Of a stretch of 56,965 nt of DNA, positions 48,582-56,965 are shown one piece after another. Both the position numbers and the translations under genes were made by a program. Source of the stretch: Octopus bimaculoides (taxonomy: Eukaryota); contig NC_068983.1 of assembly GCF_001194135.2 (NCBI RefSeq), positions 11,859,533-11,916,497 of the forward strand. Direction: 5' to 3'. The notes under the pieces are model-generated. The model did no database searches. It worked only from the letters and a program-made list of their open reading frames with translations, and was not told where the DNA came from. Numbering within the stretch: the first letter of the stretch is position 1; every line of letters starts with the position of its first letter.

Positions 48582-50199
48582 AATAATAATAATAATAGTA
48601 AGGATGTAATCTGAGGGTTTGACTGCTATTTCTAGCAGATTGAGTGACCACATAGACACCCCTGATTAACTTATTGAAAATAGGGAATATTTAAACGGCA
48701 GCTTTTAGATATCGCTATTTTAACTATTCTAGAATCTCGATAACATTTTATTACATATTGATCGTCTCATTAAAGATGATTGAAGTTCTAACCACTTATT
48801 TTCAAGGCTTTAATTTATTTTAAATTGAGTTGAGCTATAGGACTTATAATTATTATCATTACTATTATTATTGTCATTACTATTATCATTGTTATTATTA
48901 TCATTATTATTACTATTATTATTATGTAAGGCGGCGATCTGTCAGAATCATTAGCACGTCGGGCAATGTTTAGTGGTATTTCGTCTGTCTTTACGTTCTG
49001 AGTTCAAATTCCTACGAGGTTAACAGTACCTTTTATTCTTTCGGGGTCGATGAAATAAGTACTAGTTGAGTACTAGAGTCAATATTATCGATTAATCCTA
49101 TCTCCCAAAATTTTTTGGTCTTGTACCTATTGTAGAATGGATTGTAAGAAATGGTGGAGTTACCACTATAACACGGTTTGCCACTGTTACATTTAGCTGG
49201 AATAACGAAAGAGCCTTTCATAAACTTCACTAATAATTTGATGCAATTCAGAAGAAGTAGGCGACGATTTATTCTCCGTTTTAAAATACCATGATTGCCA
49301 TACATGAAATAAAATAACATAACAGGTTACAAAGATGTGTGAGAGAACATCGTTGTTGGGCTAGACTAATCTGGTAGATAGAGTTGACGTATTGTTAGGT
49401 GGTGTGTAGAGGCAGCCGTTGGTCTGTTGGTTGTGTGATGTTCAAACTGCAATGATGTAGACAGGCATCTGATGGAGAAGATGAAAACGGAGACTGGCTG
49501 GTGTCAGATACATCGTTGCCGGAGACGAGTTGCGTGTGGTCAGTGGCGTGTGCCAAAGACATAGAGCAGTCGAGAACTGCCGTTCTTATAGGGAATAGTT
49601 GGCTCCCAGGAAAGGAAAAACGAACTGTAGCGTTAGCACGATTGGATGGCTGGAAACCGACCAATACAAACAAGTTCGTGCAATCACGAGGTCATGTGAC
49701 CTGTTGGAACGAAAAGGGCTTGTGGAGCCGATATTCAAGTATTTAAGCCTAGATAAGTCAAAACGAAAACATCTCACCCAATGACAGTCCCCTCTGTGTT
49801 AGGCCTTGTGCCAGTAATAAAGAATAAATCTCACACAATGACAGTGTAAATCACTTCTGTTACAGGATTATTATTTCGTGTCTGCATAATTCTTTCTATT
49901 ATTCCTCAAATTATCCAAACGACAAGGGATTAAAGAATCGCAGATTGATTTCTCTGAAATTTGAAAACATTTCGAAAGACTGAAAATAATACTGGCACAA
50001 TTTGCAGAAAATTTCTCATAGAAATCGTAATGAGAACGTTGATGATGTCTCTTGGGTTATGTAAAACTGGTGATATGAGCTTCTGTTTTGTGCTGAGTTT
50101 AATGCACGTAAGTTAATAAGAAATTTGTGTGCCATGTATATTGTTAGTGTTGTTGACGTTTGTTTTCTAAAAATTCATTTGGTCTGGTGGAATCGATTG

Positions 50200-51420
50200 T
50201 AGTAGTGGATGTCGTCCCATCCCTAGGGATTTGTTATATTTTTCAATGGATTTACATACATGCAGCCGTTGCTGCATACTGGAGCTTCAACGGAACTATT
50301 ATTACTCCTTAGTCTTGTTTCAAGATGACTCCTACTGTCAGTTCCAAGCACTTTTAAAAAAACCTTTCTCTGCTGTAGAACTGCATAGATAACCAGAGTT
50401 GTTTTCCATGCTTTCATGTTGTCGGAACAAGATTTATGTCGTTAGAGATTCTTTTGAAAAGTTGGAACTCGATGATTGTAGGGGAGAAAAAAAATCATGT
50501 ATAGAACGAGTATTTCAAAGGGACAATGTAGATCATCCCGTCGTTGTTAGTTTAATTAACACGATGCCTAATTGGATGAAAGCCATAATATTTGTTAAAG
50601 AGGGGCCAACAAAATATTGAAAAATGTTTCATTCAGTTTAGGTAAATGTTCATGAAGTTCTTGTGTTATTGGAAGTCACTGTTAGTAGTTGTGTAGCTGG
50701 TGGAGCGGAAAAGGAGTGTTGAGTTAGATGTAAGGCAGGCAGCCAATGTGGAGGTTTTTCTAGTGGGGGCACTGCTCACAGAGTCACCATGGTTATAAAG
50801 TGGAGGAAAGGAGAGGGGAAATTCCCAAACTTGAAGGGAAAATCCTCTTGGAAAGGGATTAAAATAATCTGCTATAGCGATTTGCACGATATACTGAGCT
50901 TATCCTCCATAATCTGGACATTGATCTTCTAGGAGTTGCATTGTTGAGTAAAAGCATTGTAGGTCGTGTTTTCTGTCCGAACTGATGCAACACAGCATGA
51001 ATGAATTACTCAGAGGACTTCGGGATGTGGATTTTGGTTATGTGCAGGATGTAGAAGGATGAGCCTAATATATTGGTTTCAGTTAACCGTCCAATCATTT
51101 CTCTTGGAACAAGGATGAAGAATACGTTATTATCAGGGATAATTTGCATTGAACTGACAAATTCCGACCAAGAAGCTACTAGGAAATACCACCGTGTCCT
51201 TGAGGTGGCGAGGTATTAAGTTGTATGTTGATCTGTAGTGATTAGCAGCGATCAGATATTGGCTAAATGGCTCGATAGGTTCAGGGACTGTAATGATGTA
51301 GTAGGTCTCGGTTCTGTTCTCTCTGGGATGACCTGGGACTCAGCAATAACATGAACACCGAGAAAGCCTGTACCTGGTCGCTCCACCTGTTAGAATTAGC
51401 AACAGATCTTACTAAAATCG
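50200..51420 (-). mobile_element. Heavily decayed Penelope-like RT fragment
   Basis: Minus-strand peptides FYILHITKIHIP (~FYxLPKIHK) and RSIHDFF (~RYIDDIF) in the expected order; many stops. Confidence 0.35.
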
Positions 51421-52246
51421 TTCCTTACTATCTTAAAAAGCACAGTTTAGATAATGTAGACCCACGTACAAGACGCCAGAAAAAGAAACGGCAGGAGATA
51501 GTCACATCCGGAATATCTGCTTATTAAGAGCCCACATGAAGCTTAACAGCTACATTAGGTTCGATGCATATGATATCTATTCACAGGTTAGTGAACTGGG
51601 CATCCGAAAGCAAAGTATTTTGGCGATAGGCTTTATGTATCTCGTGGTAATTTGCAGCAGGCTATGAGTCATCCAAACTTTAACCGACAGTCTGACATTT
51701 TATTGACTTGATTCGACGTAACTAAGTATTTTTATTACTTGATCAATGTTCTGATAAAAATACATCACAATAAATAACGAATTTACTACAATCAATTGAG
51801 CAATAGGGACAATAAATGATTTTGACAAAATTAGATGATATTTATAAACAAAAATAGATGATTTCCGCAATGATAGATGACACGAACATAAATAGAGGAT
51901 TTTATTAATAAGAGAATGCAAAAACACACAGATAAAAAGCAAAACAAAAACAAAACTAGATATAGATGGTGTGTAATTATATCAATGTCAGAGGTCTAGT
52001 GTAGATATATGTGGAAATATTTTGATATTTTGATATTATATAGAATATAACTATAATACAACATAAAACGAATGTTAATATAACAATAAATATGAATTTT
52101 AATGGGTACAATGTAACTCTGGGCGCACCTAGTGGTTAGAGTATTGTACTCATAGTCGCTAGATCATGGGTTTGATTTCCGGACCAGGCAGCGCGTTGTG
52201 TTCTTGAGTAAAACATTTCATTTCATGTTGCTACAGTTCACTCAGC

Positions 52247-52278
<32 letters not shown>

Positions 52279-52550
52279 NNNNNNNNNNNNNNNNNNNNNN
52301 NNNNNNNNNNNNNNNNNNNNNNNNNNNNNNNNNNNNNNNNNNNNNNNNNNNNNNNNNNNNNNNNNNNNNNNNNNNNNNNNNNNNNNNNNNNNNNNNNNNN
52401 NNNNNNNTCCGAAACTCGGAGTTTTATCATGGCCACCGAATAATTGTCACATATTATATTACAAATAAATTCCTCTATTTACATAATATCGAGGTCTCTT
52501 TCATTCTTTTGTTGTCTTAGCATTACGATTAATATATATATATATATATA

Positions 52551-53290
52551 TATGAATTGATCGGCATGTACCGCATCGGCTATCATTGCATTTGGATACA
52601 GTGAATGTTTGATTTTTGTTGCTGAGGTCAAACCTTGCCTTTGTTAATAGTTTTTTCAAGTTTTTAGGCTGTCTCTTACTGAGAGTTATACTTTGATCTG
52701 TAATGATATTTCTCAATTCCTTACTTTGTGCAAATTCATACCGGCCCATATATGAACACAAAAACAGGCAAAATATTCACCAATGCGAACATGAACTGTA
52801 AAAGTAGAAACCTAATCTACTGCATCAAATGCCCTAATTGTGAAGAACTGTACGTTGGCCAGACAGGTAATGCACTATCGGAACGCTCACGTGTGCATCG
52901 ACAACAGATTAAAAACCCAGAAGTCCGCCAAATACCACCGAATAACCATCTGGCATCATGTGGTCGTGAAACTTTTATGATATTTCCATTCCATAAACTT
53001 TATAACCTGAATGAAATTGAGAGAAAACGCAAAGAAAAGGACTTTATTAAGAAATTCAAACCCACTCTTAACAAACAATGATTAAATTTATCTTACTTGG
53101 GGTTTAAAAATCTTATCCCTATAGCTAAAACACAAAAAATCTCTCAAATGTCATCGTTTCTAAAAATAAACAGCCAAACACCTACTGCTGCTGCCCAAAG
53201 AAATAGGTATAAAAGACAAAAAAAACAGCCAGTCTGTTACAGTACATCTGTCAGATGAATGCCATGAGGCATGAAAGTATACTAGCCTTT
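52551..53290 (+). mobile_element. Penelope-like element 3' end (GIY-YIG endonuclease) with inverted 5' segment
   Basis: ORF 52728-53081 has NLIYCIKC..LYVGQTG..ER..HR..E..FI..LN. The linker KRQPKNLKKLLTKARF..CNDSRCGTC is on the minus strand at 52551-52730. Confidence 0.9.
53252..53284 (+). ncRNA. Minimal hammerhead ribozyme-like motif (degenerate core) in the Penelope 3' region
   Basis: CAGATGA-ATGCC-ATGA-GGCAT-GAAA-GTATAC-TA: 5-bp stem II, palindromic stem III AGTATACT, CUA cleavage triplet; U4 replaced by A. Confidence 0.7.
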
Positions 53291-54202
53291 ATATATTCAA
53301 TACTCTATATTTAATACACAATATTTCATATATTCAATAAGACATTCAATACTTCATTTCATTTTACTATTTATATTATATATTCCATATTCTATATCAC
53401 ACATTAATTTTATAAGAATATAAATAAAACATAAAAAACAGAGTTGGAACTCTTTTAAATAATATATTCCTCTATACACGATCATACAAAACCCTTTTTT
53501 TATATTTTTTTATTTTTATTNNNNNNNNNNNNNNNNNNNNNNNNNNNNNNNNNNNNNNNNNNNNNNNNNNNNNNNNNNNNNNNNNNNNNNNNNNNNNNNN
53601 NNNNNNNNNNNNNNNNNNNNNNNNNNNNNNNNNNNNNNNNNNNNNNNNNNNNNNNNNNNNNNNNNNNNNNNNNNNNNNNNNNNNNNNNNNNNNNNNNNNN
53701 NNNNNNNNNNNNNNNNNNNNNNNNNNNNNNNNNNNNNNNNNNNNNNNNNNNNNNNNNNNNNNNNNNNNNNNNNNNNNNNNNNNNNNNNNNNNNNNNNNNN
53801 NNNNNNNNNNNNNNNNNNNNNNNNNNNNNNNNNNNNNNNNNNNNNNNNNNNNNNNNNNNNNNNNNNNNNNNNNNNNNNNNNNNNNNNNNNNNNNNNNNNN
53901 NNNNNNNNNNNNNNNNNNNNNNNNNNNNNNNNNNNNNNNNNNNNNNNNNNNNNNNNNNNNNNNNNNNNNNNNNNNNNNNNNNNNNNNNNNNNNNNNNNNN
54001 NNNNNNNNNNNNNNNNNNNNNNNNNNNNNNNNNNNNNNNNNNNNNNNNNNNNNNNNNNNNNNNNNNNNNNNNNNNNNNNNNNNNNNNNNNNNNNNNNNAA
54101 TCTTTGGCAGTTTTTAATGTAGAATAATATAATTGCAAAATAAAACAAATTGAATATATAACATGGTTGTCTTGAATAACTATCACGATTCTACAATGAC
54201 GT

Positions 54203-54268
54203 AATCGCTTCAGCTTCAACAAAGAATTCCAGTACAATCGCTTCAGATTCAACAAAGAATTCCAGTAC
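54203..54268. repeat. 33-bp tandem duplication
   Basis: aatcgcttcag(c/a)ttcaacaaagaattccagtac x2. Confidence 0.9.
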
Positions 54269-56184
54269 AATTACTAAACAAGAACAAGTCTAAAATAAAA
54301 TATATCCGAAATATAGCTCACTGGGAGAATCTATAACATTATGCTCAGTAATTTTTTCAAGTGAAAGAATTTTGTCTTTACCGTAATATCGAATATTACA
54401 CACCAAACACCACCTGAATGAAGGACTCTCTTATTTATATCCTACTATCAGATATTCCACTCTACACTTTTGTATATACATGCATATACACATAAATATA
54501 CATACGCATGTATATCTGCATATGTATATATGTATTTCCGCGTATGTAAGTTTTTGGTTTTAACCAGACAGTTTCGTCTTCAGACATCTTGAAAATCTAT
54601 AATTCGGTCAATTCGAAGATAAACAGATCGATAAAAACTTGGAGTAATTAATAATTGTAAGTTTAATCAATACTGTTTGAATCAATCAGTAATGTAAATC
54701 CGATCAGTCTAGGAAGAGACGTATCAATGACCTTAATTAGTGTGTATCAATAATGTCGCGTGCGACCATGAATAATTTTTAGAGCCGATCACAAACGTTA
54801 GGAAAGTTAAGAATATGAAAATAAGTTCAGACCGATAGAGCAATACCGATAATGATGAAATAATTTATTGAAAGGTAGAACAAAACCGATAACCTCACAT
54901 CGATCAATAAACATATATCCGATTCATAGTCAAGTTTTTAATTAGATTATCATTATCTTTTATTTAGTAGCTTACCACAAAGTTGTTTTAACTCATAAAC
55001 CACATATCTGCTAGTTCGTGTCTTCGTCATTTTATCACGTTCCTACAATTCGTACAGATGTGATAACGTTTAATTTTAAATCGATGGATATTTTTTTTCC
55101 GACTACAAACGAAACTGGCGGTGATGCTTCCTCGTTTATATCACAGCACCAGTTATTTAATTTTATTGTCGTTATTGCTACAGTACAGAGGATACCTAGA
55201 GCAACGAACACAATGCTTTGCAGTATTTAATTACAACCCTTTGTATTCTGAGTTCTGAGTTCAAATCACGGTGAGGTCAGTTATTATCTTTAATACCTAT
55301 CAGCAAAGGTCGTCAACCCAAATCAGTTCTATCATTTGTAGTTACACCGCCCTCCGGTCTATATTATCTAGTGTACACACACACACATATATATATACAT
55401 GCATATATGGGTACAGGACGTCACCAACGGTGTAAATAACATAAAATACGTAAGCGACGAGAAAAAATGGAAAACAGGAGAAGCAAACACAGAGAAAGGA
55501 CCCTTCATCAGTTGTCGGTTGTCTGTCTACTCCTCATTTCGAGCATTCATACACATCACTATCTGCTTCACATGTACACATTGATGCGTACTTCTGTTTT
55601 CGGAAGACAGTGAGATGTGATTTGAGGGAGATTTAACTATTACTTATTGCAGCTCACGTGTCAAAGTACATTACAAAGTACACACTTCCACGTCTTGGAT
55701 GGTGCCAGTGATATTTTGAAATAGATGTTATCTAACTCCTATCCTATATAATTGGGTTTGACCTTGTGTATATGTGTTAGAAGTCCTCCGGTCCGTCACT
55801 TGGAATCCTATAAAACACACACACATACACACACACACAATGAAAAATGCATTGTAAATAAATAATGACAGATAAAAAAACGTATACGTATACAGAGGGA
55901 ACAACCGAACGGTTGACAGACACAGAGGATTCCGAATTCTTCACCAGTTATCAACCAAAATGGTAATACTCAATTTCGCACCATGCACCATTAATGATAA
56001 GACTGAGAATCGCGAAGTAAAAACAATACTGCATGGTATATATATTTTTAATTATTTTTATAATTTGTGCATATTTATTTTGTTATAAATGCAAAACAAC
56101 ACCACAGAGGAATCGACGTAAGCTTAAATGATAAACAGCGATGGGTGAACCGCGATATAGCGAGGAATTACTGTACACACACAC

Positions 56185-56237
<53 letters not shown>

Positions 56238-56875
56238 CATATATATATAATTATGAGAGGTATATAAAAAGGATATCCTTTAATACTGCACAATTAATTA
56301 GCGCTCTTCAAGAGCAATAAGACTATTAGGCAAGAATGGATAACAAATTTCAAGGTCAAGTTCCTTTATCAAATTAAATCATTTCGCATAGCATTAAAAT
56401 TTTAACGAATCGACGACGAGTTTAGAAGGTAGGAGTCCAAGGAGCGGTGGTGTTCGCAGAATTAGGGTGAATCTTTAGTGAGTACATATTCTTACGATCA
56501 TTTCGAAAAATTATGGTTTGCAAAGGGCGAGTTTTCCATCCATAACAACTGACAACGTTTCACTCGGCAGAGGTAACATTAAATTTTATAAGATTTAAAA
56601 GAGTTCAAAATATATAATTTCGAAGCATAAAGACATTTTACGATAATATTAAAATTAAAAAAAAAAAAATTTCCTACATTCCTAAAAATCTATGAGTTTT
56701 CTTAAGATTACGGAAGTTGAAACGAAGAAGCATATTGTTCATGCAACAGGATGGATTCATAAAATTCATCGATTCGTAAAATTTGAATGCTTACACCAAA
56801 CATATTAACGCAAGTACATTTATGTATCATACGATTTCATGATTTGTATATTTGTACTTGAATAGCACCCGCTAC

Positions 56876-56886
56876 AGAGAGAGAGA

Positions 56887-56965
<79 letters not shown>
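56876..56965. repeat. (GA)n microsatellite running to the window end
   Basis: Seen directly. Confidence 0.97.

Noticed and set aside
49395-49784. Overlapping short ORFs in a GC-richer island
   Set aside because: No splice signals or homology recognisable; probably TE-derived.
55490-55545. Hammerhead-like CTGATGA and CGAAA on the minus strand (also CTGAAGA-CGAAAC near 54555)
   Set aside because: Motifs are in the wrong order or lack stems II/III; a valid core cannot be folded.
1-56965. A novel multi-gene biological system
   Set aside because: Only one host gene (MLH3) and transposon debris are supported; the unusual signals are gene-internal or TE-related.

Overview
AT-rich (roughly one-third GC by eye), microsatellite- and SINE-dense animal genomic scaffold with many N gaps. 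The repeat repertoire looks cephalopod/octopus-like, which is an inference from recalled repeat families, not a database result. One host gene is supported: MLH3 (MutL-gamma subunit) on the + strand. Its CDS runs from 11155 to a stop at 34955-34957 in 9 visible coding exons (about 1,897 codons). It has a giant 4,817-nt exon and a probable non-coding first exon and promoter near 8346-8474. At least two blocks of expected coding sequence are not visible, including the DQHA(X)2E(X)4E endonuclease motif; they probably lie in N gaps. The rest is intron or intergenic DNA filled with four or five tRNA-headed or RTE-tailed SINE families, two mariner relics, piggyBac-like MITEs, a CR1-like LINE 3' end, an RLE-type (R4/Dong-like) LINE 3' end and Penelope-like fragments. 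I found no convincing novel multi-gene system. The most interesting signals are: a 5x 21-22-aa His/Cys/Asp repeat in the MLH3 linker; a C-terminal (CAA)n polyQ and a coding A9 in a mismatch-repair gene; an in-frame exon junction that would skip the nuclease motif; a uAUG-laden leader; inverted repeats bracketing exons; and a Penelope copy with a twin-priming-type 5' inversion plus a minimal hammerhead ribozyme.
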